A DNA stretch of 64,000 bases from Centroscyllium fabricii. Its lineage: Eukaryota. The stretch lies in contig JBNRSN020000009.1 in assembly GCA_051313645.2 (NCBI GenBank), forward strand, positions 5,518,001 through 5,582,000, written 5' to 3'. Within the stretch, counting starts at the first letter, position 1. The number at the start of each line of letters is the position of its first letter. A program made the position numbers and the translations under genes. A model generated the notes under the pieces. That model saw only the letters and a list, made by a program, of their open reading frames with translations. It did no database searches and had not been told where the DNA came from. Positions 11,611 through 24,167 of this stretch are shown piece by piece.

Positions 11611-12194
11611 TGGTGGGGAGGGTCTTGTTTAAACATAGTGCTAGGCCCACTTGTGTTAAGGGGGCTATAGTGCTGCTTCACATAGTATATTATAAAGTTC
11701 TCTCTCCATTCAAAGGATTGAACCAGGAAAAGATTTATCCGCGGAACTTTCCTTGATCGTGAATTATTTTGTTTTTCTCCTTTTCCCTTTTTGTTAAGTT
11801 TCCTGTTGCGAGGGAGGCCAGCAGGGAGTCACCCTGTCCCCAGGCTCCTGTTGACACACTCTGTCTTTAACTGTGATGGGGAGTCCTGTTTTTCTTATTC
11901 TTCTTTAGGGGGAAAAGTGCTCCACCATTTCCGGGCACCTCCCTCTTGACAGAACAACAGCGATGAAGAGGGTTGGTGCCCGGCAAACTGGGTGAGCGAG
12001 CGCAAGCCTGAGTTCCGGCATTCTGTGGTACGGCCATTTGGTGCGGCATTTTAGTGCACGTATTAGGTCTCGTACGCGCGTGTGTGTCAAGCTCCGTATG
12101 TCACATTTCGTTACCAAAACAAAGCAGTTTTATTTTGCCAGTGATTGACTTGGAAACTGAAATTTAAAACCAGATACAGTTGCAATAACGAACA

Positions 12195-13350
12195 GAAAGA
12201 CTTGCATTTCTATAGCGCCTTTCACGATCTCGGGGCGTCCCACAGCGCGTTCCAGCCCATTAAGTATTTTTTGAATGTAGTCACTGTTGTAATGTAGTAA
12301 ATGCAGCAGCCAATTAGTGCACAGCAAGCTCCCACAAACAGTAATGTGCTAATGACCAGATAATCTGATTTTAGTGATGTTGGTTGAATGACAAATACAG
12401 GTTGAAGTTCGTTAATCCGGCAGGGTCGGGACCAGCACCCTGCCGGATTGTTGAAAACGCCGAATTATTGAAGCCACATTCAAAATGGTCACCGCAAAAT
12501 TTTCAATTCTCTGCGCATGCGCTCGCCGGTACCTGGAAGTTGATTTTTGGCTCAAGGGTCGGGTGGAACTCGCACTCTATTCTGCTGCGGATCAGGGAGC
12601 GGGCTGCAGAGCTCCAGCGGGCCTGAGGCCCAATGTGCGGCTCAAGCCTGGCTCACGTGGCGCCACCGCACGCCAGCATCGGAACGCGGTGACGTCAGCA
12701 CGCAGCCATCGATTCTGCTGCGGATCAGGGAGCGGGCTGCACGGCTCCAGTGGGCTTGAGGCCCAATGTACGGCTCAAGCCCAGCTCATGTGACGCCACC
12801 GCACGGCAGCTTCGGAACGCGGTGACGTCAGCACACAGCCAGGGGGGAGCCTCCGGCAGCGATGGGCACTGAGAATTGCCTGTATCGCGTCCTGCGAAAG
12901 GCGGCTGGCACAACAGCTCATCTTCTGGGCCTGGGATTCACCATCGGCATTGGGGTGGTCACTAAGCCGGGATCCAGTGAGTATATGTTAGGCGAAAGGG
13001 AAGCCCAGCCCCGACGGCAGCCATTTTGAATTGTCTGCGCACACACCGGGCAGTCGGGAAAATCTGTGCCGAACGACCGACGCTGCCGGTTTTTTGGGTG
13101 CGGGATTAACGAACTTCAACCTGTATTGGCTAGGACACTGGGGATAACTCCGCTGCTCATCTTCAAAATAGTGCTGTGGGAACTTTTATGTCCACCTGAG
13201 AGAGCAGACAGGACTTCGGTTTAATGTCTCATCTGAAAGACAGCACCTCCGAGACTAGCACTCCCTCAGCACTGCACTGGAAGTGTCAGCCTAGATGATG
13301 TGCTCAAGTCTCTGGAGTGGGACTTGAACCCACAACCTCTGAGTGTGAGG
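12195..13350 (-). mobile_element. tRNA-headed DeuSINE (SacSINE1-like) interrupted by a MITE
   Basis: B-box-like GGTTCAAGTCCC head, Deu-domain-like CTGTCTTTCAGATGAGACATTAAACCGA..., L2-type tail. Related copies at ~16490-16640, 33085-33720, 41200-41655, 47440-47890 and 60945-62790. Confidence 0.75.
12398..13123. mobile_element. Tc1/mariner (Tigger/pogo-like) MITE with GC-rich interior and a ~130-bp internal duplication
   Basis: TIR CAGGTTGAAGTTCGTTAATCC at both ends, TA TSD; direct repeat ~12580-12710 / ~12712-12840. Confidence 0.88.
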
Positions 13351-13832
13351 CGAGAGTGCTGCATGCTCCTGTGGGCCCTGACAGTCCAGATCACGGGTCA
13401 CAGAACCCAGACAACTGCTTTCCATTTGTGCTTCTATTTCTTGATCTCTGCTTTAAAATTTTTGGGCAACAGGGTTTTTAGAGGCTAGATATAGTGGAAC
13501 TATTTCCACTGGTGGGGCAATCAAGAACATGGGGATATAGCCTTAAAATTATAGGCCATTTAGGAGTGAAATCTGGAAGCACTTTTGCACAGAAAGCACA
13601 GTACATCGTAGAGCTCTGTCCCCAAAAGGCTGTGGATGCTGGGGGTCAATTGAGATTGATAGATTTTTATTAGGTAAGGGTATCGAGGGATATGAAGTGA
13701 AGGTGGGAATGGAGTTCAGATACAGATCAGCCAGGACCTAATTGAATGGTGGAACAGGCTTGAGGGGCTGAATGACCTTCTCCTGTTCCTATGTTTCTTA
13801 GTGCTGTTGCTTCATTGGTAGCTAAACCCCTA

Positions 13833-14655
13833 GGGGAAGAAATTCAGTATCACCCCATTTGGGGCGCAATTATCGGCCGGGCGCAATTAGTGCATGGCGC
13901 TAATTATCGCCTCTGACTGCAAATTTGGCTTCTATCGTCTCTGGAGGTGATTGTAGCGATAAATCAGGTGCTACGCACTTCTCGACGCTAACGCCGAGGA
14001 GTGAGGCGCTACCTCAGAGCGCTGGCGAAGCTCATGTGATGTCAGTCCGCAATGGAACACAGACACACTGGCGTGGCCAGTTCTTAAAGGGGAGGGTCGA
14101 TCTTGCTCTCCATCCAGACCATGCTCATTGCAGCCTTGAATCTCGGCCTGGAGAGACAAGTACATCAAATCTGCTGGGAAGAACAATGGAGGGACCCAGG
14201 GAAAGAGCGGAGAGTGCAGCCCCCACATTCTCTTCTAAATCAGTACAAGGAAGAGCAAATCAAAATGAACCTGCAAAGTGCTGTCAGTACCCAAAACTCC
14301 TTCACACAGCGTTGAATCTCTCCAGAAGTGCGTGTCTCTCCGAATGCGTGGTTGTAAAATGTCGCTGACAAAAAAAGGCAGAAAGTGGTCGCCTTTAAAT
14401 AACGCTCCCCCAGACCCCGACTGCAAAACGCTCCCTTCAACCTGTTGTTGCTAGCAGCAGGCAGTAAGGAAGGGGGCGTCACTCAATATTTGGTCCAGGG
14501 TGTTGCACGCTCGACTGACATCACGATCTGCGGGTGCAGGAGATCGTGGAGGTAGTGTTTAGTGGTGCCGCAAAATGTCTGGTCAATTTCACGAGTGGCG
14601 CAAACATCGCTGTGCCTGGGTGCTACTGGCTTTACGCCCCATTAGCGCCCTCGTA
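13833..14655. mobile_element. Degenerate Harbinger-like non-autonomous element (one end lost)
   Basis: GGGGAAGAAATT start like the element at 32086; CpG-rich body; MEGPRERAE..APTFS resembles the start of a Harbinger Myb/SANT-like ORF. Confidence 0.4.
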
Positions 14656-14814
14656 GGACTGCAGTGTTAGATGTGTCGAGTTGAAGTATATCTTTTTTGT
14701 AATTCATATTACATTATCAAGACTTAAATGGAATTACTCGGCCTTGGTTCTACTCTGGAGAACTGCTGGTCCCTTGGTGGCGTGTCAACATTGATTTCTG
14801 TCTCCGCGTTTTTT

Positions 14815-15130
14815 CAACAACAACCTGTACTTATATAGCACCTTTAACATAGTAAAACGTCCCAAGGCGATGCACAGGAGTATATTAAGACACCAAATTG
14901 GACACCGATCCACGTAAGGAGAAATTAGGGCAGGTGACCAATTGCTTGGTCAGAGAAGTAGGTTTTAAGGAGTGTCTTAAAGGAGAAAGGAGAGGTAGCG
15001 AGGCGGAGGTGTTTAGGCAGGTAATTCCAGAGCTTGGGGCCTAGACAATAGAAGTCACGGCCACCAAAGATTGAACGATTATAATCAGGGACACTCGGGG
15101 GCAGAATTAGAAGAGCGCAGATATCTCGGG
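14815..15130 (-). mobile_element. L2 LINE 3' fragment
   Basis: Same 3' sequence and (GTT)n tail as the L2 at 17385-18890. Confidence 0.7.
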
Positions 15131-15386
15131 TTTTCAGTGGATGCGCGGTTTTGTGCCCCTTTTGGAAGTGTTTTGCATGACTAGACCGGCAGTGCTGTTA
15201 ATTCTGTCAGGCGCAACAGTGCAACATGCAGAACCCATCCCTATCCATGGGTGGAACTTGTACCAACAAAGAGTTTGCTGTGCACATTAGGCAAGATCAG
15301 TTTAAGGCAAATAGTTGTGGGCATTCTAGAATTAATTAATGTCATTACTGTTGTATGAATCTGTGCACCAGTGAATTGGTACTGTA

Positions 15387-15797
15387 CAGGTTGGGCACCG
15401 GTAATCTGGCACATGATAATTTGGCACCTTCAGTGATCCGGCACGAATCCCGCTGGCCGGCCCACGTGATCTCAGGGACGCTTGCGAAACGCCAGCAACC
15501 TGCGATGCGCGGGCCTCTCCCCGGCAGCATCCCGCGATGCGCGGGCCTCTCCCCGGCAGCACCGAAGAGTCCCAGGACCGCGAATCCCATTCCCTCACTC
15601 TTTGCACTGTTCTACGTGCGCGCAGTGGCCATTTTGACTGCTCTACACGCAGTGGCCATTTGGACTGCTCTACGCGCGCGCTGCGGCCATTTTGACTGGT
15701 CCGCGCATGCGCTCCCAGAACCTTCAGTGGTTCGGCATTTTCAGTGGTCCAGCACCGGCCTGGTCCCGAGGGTGCTGGATTGACGGTGCTCAACCTG
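15387..15797. mobile_element. Tc1/mariner MITE (CAGGTTG TIR family)
   Basis: TA|CAGGTTGGGCACCGGTAATCTGGCAC ... GTGCTGGATTGACGGTGCTCAACCTG|TA. Confidence 0.85.
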
Positions 15798-17136
15798 TAC
15801 TTGGTAAAGAAAAACCACAAATTTTTGGCTATTCAGGTGCCTTTTGTGGTGCGTTAAATAAAGATCCTTCAGATCCTAAGCATGGATCTTTTTCATATTT
15901 CAGTACACTTAGCTATTTCTCCGGTGTGTATTGAAGGGGCTGCGCGTACATTTTCTCATTTTCAAGGCACGCAGGATGGCACATAGACCTGTACCACCTG
16001 CCTGCATCATCGTGTCCTCTCTGGTGTGTGGGCATTTGACCTGTTGGCACAGAGGCCAGTGCAAAAACCCGTCATTGTTATTGGTAACGCCCTGCACTGT
16101 TCCCAACTGGATGAGTAGTGAAGTTATCTCCCCAAATTGTCCTGCAGCACAATGGACCTTTTTAAAGGGCTGATACTCTTGTCCGGGGTTATTCTGTGCA
16201 CCCTCTGTTAGTGCATCACAGCTGTTGAAGTGTAGCCACTGCACTTCTAAGCAGTCGTGTATTTCTCTGGGTTTTGGATAAGTTTACTAAAGTTTCTCGT
16301 ACCTTGATAGAATTAGACAGAAATAGTAATGTGGACACAGGTCGTTCGGTCCAAGCAGTTTATGTTGGTGTTTATCCTGCACATGAGCAGTATTCCTAAT
16401 CCCGTGTTCCCGCCCTGTTCCCAGATTCCTTTATCCCCTTTCTTTGCAACCACCTCTCTAACCTATTCTTAAATGTTGACATAAAGAAATAACTAACTTT
16501 TATTTATACAGCGCCTTTCATGATCTCAGGACGTCCCAAAGCTCTTCACATATGGTCACTATTGTAATACAGGAAGCGCAGCAGGCAATTTGCACATAGC
16601 AAGATCCCACAAACAGCAATGAGATAAATGACCAGATTTTTTTTTTTTAACCTTTGTATTAAGTGTTGTCTGCCATTGTCCGGTCCACGTATGTATTTAG
16701 TTGAGCTCATGTTGTAGTTCCTGAGTGGCCTGCTCAGATTTAGCTGCCGTGTGGCTGGCACAGACACGATGGGTTGAATGGCCTCCTCCAGTGCTGTAAA
16801 CCTCTCTTGCATCATCTGCATGTTTGTATCGAGCTTTGGAAGTCGAGATGTAAATGAGAAGCAGTAGAGTCAAAGGATTAAAGTTCTCATTTTCCAACAA
16901 TCTCTATTCCGTCTTTGAGCGTGATGCTGAGCTGACCTGAGAATTGCCATTTTGATTCTCCCTCCCATTACCAGTCTGATCCAGGGTCTCTGACATTCTT
17001 CCAACTAAGCTCGATGCAAACCGCAGGAACAGTGTCTCGTCTTTCTCCTGGACAATCTGTGGCTTTGAAGCCTGATCATCGACTTCAGCAGCGTCATTCC
17101 TCATCTGGTCTTCCCGTTTCCTTGCTCATTACTCAC

Positions 17137-17830
17137 ACCCAAAGATGTGCGGGTTAGGTTGATTGGCCATGATAAATTGACCCTTAGTGTTAGGGGGGTT
17201 AAATATGTGGGGTTACGGGGATAGGGTGGGATATGTGTTGGTGCAGGCTCGAGAGGGATATAGGGAGAGGGCAGGGGTAGGGTGCTGGGTTTGGATGATC
17301 AGCCATGATCTCATTGAATGGCGGAGCAGGCTCGAAGGGCTGAATGGCCTACTCCTGCTCCTAGTTTCTATGTTTCTACCCCATGACAACAACAACTTGT
17401 ATTTATATAGCGCCTTTAAAACAGTAAAACGTTCCAAGGCACTTCACAGGAGTGTTATAAGACACAAAATTGACATCAAGCCACATGATCCAGCCTCGGG
17501 TACTATCTGTGTGGAGTTTGCACATTCTCCCCGTGTCTGCGTGGGTTTCCTCCGGGTGCTCCGGTTTCCTCCCACAGTCCAAAGATGTGCGGGTTAGGTT
17601 GATTGGCCAGGATAAATTCACCCTTAGTGTTAGGGGGATTGAATATGTGGGGTTACGGGGATAGGGTGGGATATGTGTTGATGCCGGCTCGATAGTGATC
17701 GAGGGATATGGGGAGAGGGCAGGGACGGGGTACTGGGTTTGGATGATCAGCCATGATCTCATTGAATGGCGGAGCAGGCTCGAAGGACCGAATGGCCTAC
17801 TCCTGCTCCTAGTTTCTATGTTTCTATGTT
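17137..17830 (+). mobile_element. Two 5'-truncated V-SINEs (HE1-like) with CR1/HER1 3' tail (~17137-17378 and ~17488-17830)
   Basis: V-domain GTGTGGAGTTTGCACATTCTCCCCGTGTCTGCGTGGGTTTCCTCCGGGTGCTCCGGTTTCCTCCCACAGTCCAAAGATGTGC; tail ...GGCCTACTCCTGCTCCTAGTTTCTATGTTTCTA shared with the CR1 ending at 36154. Confidence 0.85.
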
Positions 17831-18890
17831 TCTCAGAAATTAGGGCTGGTGACCAAAAGCTTGGTCAAAGAGGTAGGTTTTAAGGAGCGTCTTAAAGGAG
17901 GAAAGAGAGGTCACGAGGTAGAGAGGTTTAGGGAGGAAATTCCAGAGCTTACGGCTGAGGCAACAGCAGGCACGGCCACCAATGGTTGAGCGATTATAAT
18001 CAGTGATGCTCGAGTGCAGAATTAGAGGAGCGCAGATAACTCTGGGGGGCGGGGGGGGAGGCGGGGGTTGTGGGGCTGAAGGAGATTACAGAGATGGGGA
18101 GGGGCGAGGCCATGGAGGGATTTGAAAACATGATGAGGAAGATGCGAATTTTGAATTCGGCATTGCTTAACCTGGAGCCAATGTAGGTCAGCGAGCACAG
18201 GTGATGGGTGAACGGGACTTGGTGCGAGTTAGGGCACAGGCAGCCGAGTTTTGGATGACTTCAAAATTACATAGGGTAGAATGTGGGAGGCCAGCCAGCA
18301 GTGCGCTGGGATAGTCAGGTCTCGAGGTAACAAATGCACGGATGAGGGTTTCAGCAGCGGATGAGCTGAGGCAAGGGCGGAGACGGGCGATGTTATCGAG
18401 GTGGAAATAGGCGGTCTTAGTTATGCTGCGGATATGTGGTCAGAAGCTCATTTCAGGTCATGCCATATGACACTGTAGCGTAGCCACTCAGGAGAGTCAT
18501 CCGATCTCTCTAGGACCTCAGAATCCACCTTACCCGAGCGGGCCCTCCCCCGTTTCCCTATTGGTCAGGTTAGGTCAACGGTTACGGTCCCCCATTGGTC
18601 CGTAGGGCTGTCACTCAAGAGCCCCCACAGTGCTTTGCGTTTTCGCGCCGTTTTCTCTCAGTTCTGCGTTGTTGTGATTGAATAAAGACTTATTGGATTT
18701 TGCTCCGCTGCTTTCCTCCGTTTCTCGATAATGTAAGTGTGGGAAACTAAGGTTCCCCACAGCACCAAGGTTGCGAACAGTCTGGTTCAGCCTCAGACAG
18801 GTGTTAGGGAGAGGGATAAAGTCAGTGGCTTGGGAACGGAGCTTGTGGCAGGGACTGAAAACAACGGCTTCAGTCTTTCCAATATTTAAT
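17385..18890 (-). mobile_element. L2 LINE 3' fragment interrupted by a V-SINE and a solo LTR
   Basis: L2 ORF2 C-terminal similarity on the minus strand, continuous across both insertions. Confidence 0.7.
18474..18761 (+). mobile_element. Solo LTR (288 bp)
   Basis: TGTAG...CCACA ends, AATAAA at ~18681, two ATTGG (CCAAT) boxes, 4-bp TSD ACAC/GCAC, inserted cleanly into an L2. Confidence 0.75.
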
Positions 18891-19207
18891 AATCCTCCTC
18901 CAAGTTATTGCTGCAGTTTTGTGTGTGTGCTCAGGTGTTCCAAAGCCCATTTCACCATTGACTTAGCTACTTTCACACCCTTCTGTTCTTTTTCACCTTG
19001 TCTTGTCTGAGCTTGCTTGAGGTTGTGGCGGATCGCCTCGCATACGGCGAATCCACCAGACTCGCAGACTCTCGAGCGCCGGCGTGCCGCGCCCGACGTG
19101 CAAACACGCCGACGTCATCACGTACGTACGTGCTGACGTCACAAACGTATATATTTGAGCGCAAGGGCGCCAAACGCTCGCTCAACGATGTAACCTGAAT
19201 AAAGAAA

Positions 19208-19294
19208 TGATGTGCCGGTGTTGGGCTGGGGTGGACAAATGCAAGAAGTCACATCTGTTAGACTATAACCTGGTGTTGGGTGACTTCTTGCATT
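19208..19294 (-). mobile_element. Tiny Penelope-like fold-back insertion in the 5' LTR
   Basis: TSD TGAATAAAGAAA at 19196-19207 and 19295-19306; same tail and inverted arms as 6888-7044. Confidence 0.8.
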
Positions 19295-21221
19295 TGAATA
19301 AAGAAAGTTGTGTTAGTTTAAACTGGTCTCGGCTTTTACTCTCGCCCGTCAACAAGCCCAACATTGGTGACCCCGACATTCGGAACGAATTCCGAGCCCT
19401 ATAATGACGGACGCAAGCGCAGTTTCGATTAAACTGCCCGAGTTCTGGGAAAACCTGATTGCAGCCTGGTTCGTAGTCCCGGTTCAGACTGCACCGCATC
19501 AGCAGAGATGGGACGATGTATGATCACCTCGTCACCTCGCTGGCCAGCTCCATGGTCGCGAAGGTCTGGGCAGAGCTGCAGAACCCACCGCAGCAAGGCA
19601 AATACACACATCTTAAGGCCGCACTCCTTAACAGATTTACTATCTCGCAATACCAGCACAGCTGCCAGCTCCTCCACCTCCAAGGTCCCGGTGACGCTTC
19701 ACCGTCAGACCTTCTCTCCCACATGCTCTTGCTCGCAGACGAGAACCCACCAGGGCCCCTATTCCGAGCACTGTTCATCCGGCAGCTACCTCCCAGCATC
19801 CGCCCCGCCATCGTCGCATCTGACCTCCAGAGCCTGGCAGACCTGGCCCACCTGACCGACAGGCTGCTGTCCGCGCACTCGGACTGCGATACCGTGGACT
19901 GGGCGGCTGCCGCAACGGCGCGCCCAACCACACCCTCCACGCGGTCACCGGGCCCGGCCTTCAGGCCCACGTGGCCGCCGCGTTCCCCAACCCCACCGAA
20001 CCCAGGGTACTGTTACTACCACGCCCGGTTCGGCGCCAGGGCGCAACGGTGCACACAACCCTGCACCTTCAAACCCACACCGGCCCCACGATGGCCGTGG
20101 GGCATGTGGGCTGCCTCCTGTACGTCAAGGATGACAAAACAGGACGCCGTTTCCTGTACGACACTGGTGCCCAGCACAACATCGTGCCCGCCTCCGTCCT
20201 CGAAGTCCAGAAGGGCGCACGAGGCCCGGCACTTGCTGCGGCAAATGGGTCTGACATCTGGACGTACGGCACCTGCACGGTCCAGCTCGACCTCGCAGGT
20301 CACCGCTCCCAATGGGAGTTCATCACTGCCAAGATACTCTCACCCCTCATCGGCGCGGACTTCCTGTGTGCACACGGCCTCCTCGTCGACATGCCGTGCC
20401 AACGCTTCCACATTTCCATGAAAGCTTCCCTAGCCTCACGGACAGCACCTGGACTGACCGCCTCCCATGGGTCATGCTCGGCCTCCGCTCCGCGGTCAAT
20501 GAGGACCTCCATGCGCCTGCAGCAGAGCTCGTCTACGGCCAACCGCTGCGCGTACCCGGCGAGTTCCTGGCCGCCGCAACGACACCCTGGTCGGCCGACC
20601 AGCAACGCCTCGACTTCGTCGCTGCGGCGCAACTGTTCGCCCCGGTGCCCGTGACCCAGCACGGTGAAACAGCCTCACACATCCTGCTTGGCCTGCACCA
20701 GGCACAATTCATCTTCATCCGCCACGACGCTCACCGCGGACCTCTACAACCTCCATACGACGGGCCCTACAAGGTGCTTCTGGCGGGAGACAAGGTTTTT
20801 CATCTACAGGTGGGCAACAGAACTGAAATGCTGTCGGTCGACAGACTTAAGCCGGCACACACTGAGCCCGGCGAACCCACTCCAGTTGCCCACCCACCGC
20901 TACAAGGCCGACCCCCTGGCCAGCCAGCTTGCCCGGCCTCTACTCGTCAACCAACGCCAGCCAAGAGCTGCTCTGGCCGGCCCATCAGACTGCCGCAACG
21001 CCTCGTCCACTCCTAAGCGGATTATGGGGGGAGCTCTGTGGCGGATCGCCTCGCATACGGCGAATCCATCGGACTCGCAGACACTCGAGCGCCGGCATGC
21101 CAACGCACAAACGCGCTGATGTCATCACGCCTGACGCGCAACGTGCCGACGTCACCGCGTCCGACGTGCAAATGTGCCGACGTCATCGTGCGTATATTTG
21201 AGTGCAAGGGCGCTCAACGAT

Positions 21222-22426
21222 TCAATTCAATTCAATTCAATTCAAGTTTTATTGTCATTGCAGAGTACTAGTACAATACAATGAGACGAAGACTCGACTC
21301 TCCCGAGAGTAGTGCAAATAAAATAAATAAATTACATGCAAATTGCATACAGTAAAGTTCATTATCAGGCGTGCAGGTACCGGAGTTTCTTTTTAGAGTT
21401 CAGGAGGCTGACAGCCCTGGGGAAGAAGCTGTTCTGAAATCTAGTCGTGCGGGTGCAAATTGCTCTGTAGCATCTCCCGGAGGGCAGGGGGGCAAACAGA
21501 CTGTGGCTGGGGTGTGTGGAGTCTTTAATAATGTTCATAGACCTCCGTAAGCAGCGTTTGAGGTAGATGGTTTCCATTGACGGTAGCTGTGTACCGGTAA
21601 TTCGTTGGGCAGTTTTGACTACCCGCTGCAGGGTTTTCCGGTCCGAGATAGTGCAATTACCATACCAGACAGTGATGCAGCTTGTCAGTATGCTTTCTAT
21701 TGTGCAGCGGTAGAAGTTGGAGAGGATGCCGGATGACAGCCTGGCTTTCTTCAGCTTCCTTAGGAAGTACAGGCGCTGTTGGGCCTTCTTAACCAGAGAG
21801 GAGGTGTTTAGTGACCAGGAGAGATCTTCCGAGATGTGGACCCCAAGGAACTTGAAGCTGGACACCCTTTCCACCTCAGCCCCTTGGATGAAGATGGGGG
21901 TGTGTCTTCTGCTTCCAGTCCTCCGGAAGTCCACTATGATCTCCTTGGTTTTCTTGGTGTTCAGTGCCAGGTTGTTGTCGGCACACCAACCCACAAGGCG
22001 CTGGATCTCATCCCTGTAGGCTGACTCGTCGTTGTTGGTGATCTGGCCAACCACCGTGGTGTCATCCGCGAACTTGATGATCGTGTTGGAGCCATGGACA
22101 GCCGCACAATCGTGAGTGAAGAGGGAGTAGAGGAGGGGGCTGAGCACACAACCTTGTGGGGCCCCCGTGTTCAGGGTAAGGAGGGGGGCGGGGGGAGGTG
22201 AGGTTGCCTAACTTCACAGACTGTGGTCTGTTGGTTAGGAAGTCCAGGGTCCAGTTGCAGAGGGAGGTGTTCAGGCCGAGGGTGAGGAGTTTGGTAGACA
22301 ATTTGCTGGGGACGATGGTGTTGAATGCTGAGCTGTAGTCAATAAACAGCATTCTGATATATGTATCTTTGCTATCCAGGTGGTTTAGTGCAGAGTGAAG
22401 AGCCGTATCCAGAGGATGCTATCACT
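21222..22426 (-). mobile_element. 5'-truncated Rex1/Babar-type LINE inserted in the 3' LTR
   Basis: [19 protein letters not shown]...[13 protein letters not shown]...IKFADDTT (ORFs 22062-22352 and 21365-22147, frameshifted); (TTGAA)n tail; TSD ACGAT at 21217-21221 and 22427-22431. Confidence 0.9.
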
Positions 22427-23180
22427 ACGATGTAACCTGAATAAAGAAAGTTGTTAGTTTAAACTGGTCTCTGCCTTTACTCTCGCCCATCAGCAAACCC
22501 AACAATGTGATCTTTGGATATTGCATAGCGATTTTCGTTCTGACTTCTCAGACACCTTGATTCCTGGCCATTAGTTTGTGACCAGACACTCTGTTCCTAA
22601 CTCTTCTGCTCTTTCTTTGCTTTTTGCTCTGTCCAGTTGAGGAGTTTGCTTATCTTCCAGTCTCCATGAACAGGCCTAGATCCAAGACCCAGACTGGATC
22701 GGGGTAGGGCTCGGCTCACTCCTTGTTTATGAGCTCATTCTACGGTCTTTAAAAACCCAAACTGCAAACTGTCTAAGCCTTAGACTCTAAGGAATGGTTG
22801 TACAAACTTTCTTCCTGGGAGATGCAGTTTTTCTTCACTTGGGAACTTCTCTCGCTGATCACGTCAGGAAGATATTTGTTCACTTACTGCTTCACAATTC
22901 ATGGAACAGTGGACAGTAACTGTGTCCGTGGACAGATTACCAGATCCAGAATAAGAGTTTAATTTCAGGGCTGAGGGAGGGGAGCAGGGTGGTTGATGCT
23001 GATCGGTGAGTTGACGTTCCTTTGCATATTAGCTGCCTTGTCTTTATTCGGTTAACTTCCAAACTGCTTAGTCACAGCCGCTTCAACTTGCCCATTGCTT
23101 GTCACTTGCAACCTTTAACTAACCGGTGTGGTGTGGGCACCAACCATTTCCCAAGTCAACCGATGTCCATGCAGCACAGT

Positions 23181-23586
23181 TAGAAACATAGAAACATAGA
23201 AGATAGGAGCAGGAGTAGGCCATTCGGCCCTTCGAGCCTGCTCCGCCATTCAATGAGATCATGGCTGATCATTCAAACCCAGCACCCCGTCCCTGCTTTG
23301 TCCCCATATCCCTCGATCCCTATCGAACCGGCATCGACACACATCCCACCCTATCCCCGTAACCCCACATATTCAATCCCCCTAACACTAAGGGTCAATT
23401 TATCCTGGCCAATCAACCAAACCCGCACATCTTTGGACTGTAGGAGGAAACCGGAGCACCCGGAGGAAATCCACGCAGACACGGGGAGAATGTGCAAACT
23501 CCACACAGATAGTACCCGAGGCTGGATTTGAACCCAGGCCTCCAGAGCTGTGAGGCAACAGTGCTACCCACTGTGCCACCGTGCCG
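23181..23586 (-). mobile_element. Full-length V-SINE (HE1-like)
   Basis: tRNA-like head GGCACGGTGGCACAGTGG...GGTTCAAATCC, V-domain, CR1 tail (TTTCTATG)n. Confidence 0.88.
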
Positions 23587-24167
23587 TTCTTGCTGTTGTG
23601 TCTGCCCAGGTGTGCCAGTTCTCAGATGTGCCATGTTTGTTGGCAGTTGAAGGCTTGGCCTGGCCACCCACTGGCGTGAGATGTCCTATTCAGGTTTCAG
23701 GGACACGGAGCTGGAGATCTAGTTTCTAGAAGGCCAAGCTGTGCAGGCCAGGCAGCTTTTATCTTTGGTCCAAATCAGACGCTTTCCCACATTCTTCAAA
23801 GATCCTTTGACGAAGGGAAAAGAAAAATCTTTCAAACAGCTGCTGAGTTGATGGTGGGGGAAGCACTTTCACCTGTCTGTCTCCGTGTTAAGTAGTTGGT
23901 TGTAATTGAGTCGAAGCAGAATTGGACGTAACTGGATTTTAATTACCTTCCGGAGCTGCCAATCCAGCCACAGTTGTGGTCAGCGCAACAATGCAGTCAC
24001 TATTTAAACATTTTGGGGGATTTGTATGGCCTAGCAAGTAATGACTAGAAAGGAACAGCTGATCTTAAGTTAGGCTTGTGGCCTCCGATGGAGCCAGCTG
24101 TGTCCACATTTACTCATGGGCTGGATTCTGCACTCCGTGTTGTCTTGGGCCGACCCTATTCTAGGTA

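Larger units (their letters stand above)
19024..22504 (+). mobile_element. CsRn1-like Gypsy LTR element, internally deleted (RT, RNase H and integrase core missing)
   Basis: LTRs 19024-19363 and 21037-22504 (both carry insertions); PBS TGGTGACCCCGAC (tRNA-Trp); gag IKLPEFW...CYYHARFGARAQRCTQPC; protease FLYDTGA; integrase C-terminus PPYDGPYKV; TSD AGGT/ATGT. Confidence 0.9.

Noticed and set aside
16904-17104. Protein-like 66-aa ORF in non-repeat sequence
   Set aside because: No recognisable homology or consistent exon structure, so it cannot be supported as a gene.
23530-23586. tRNA gene
   Set aside because: The A/B-box-like sequence is the head of a V-SINE, not a complete cloverleaf.
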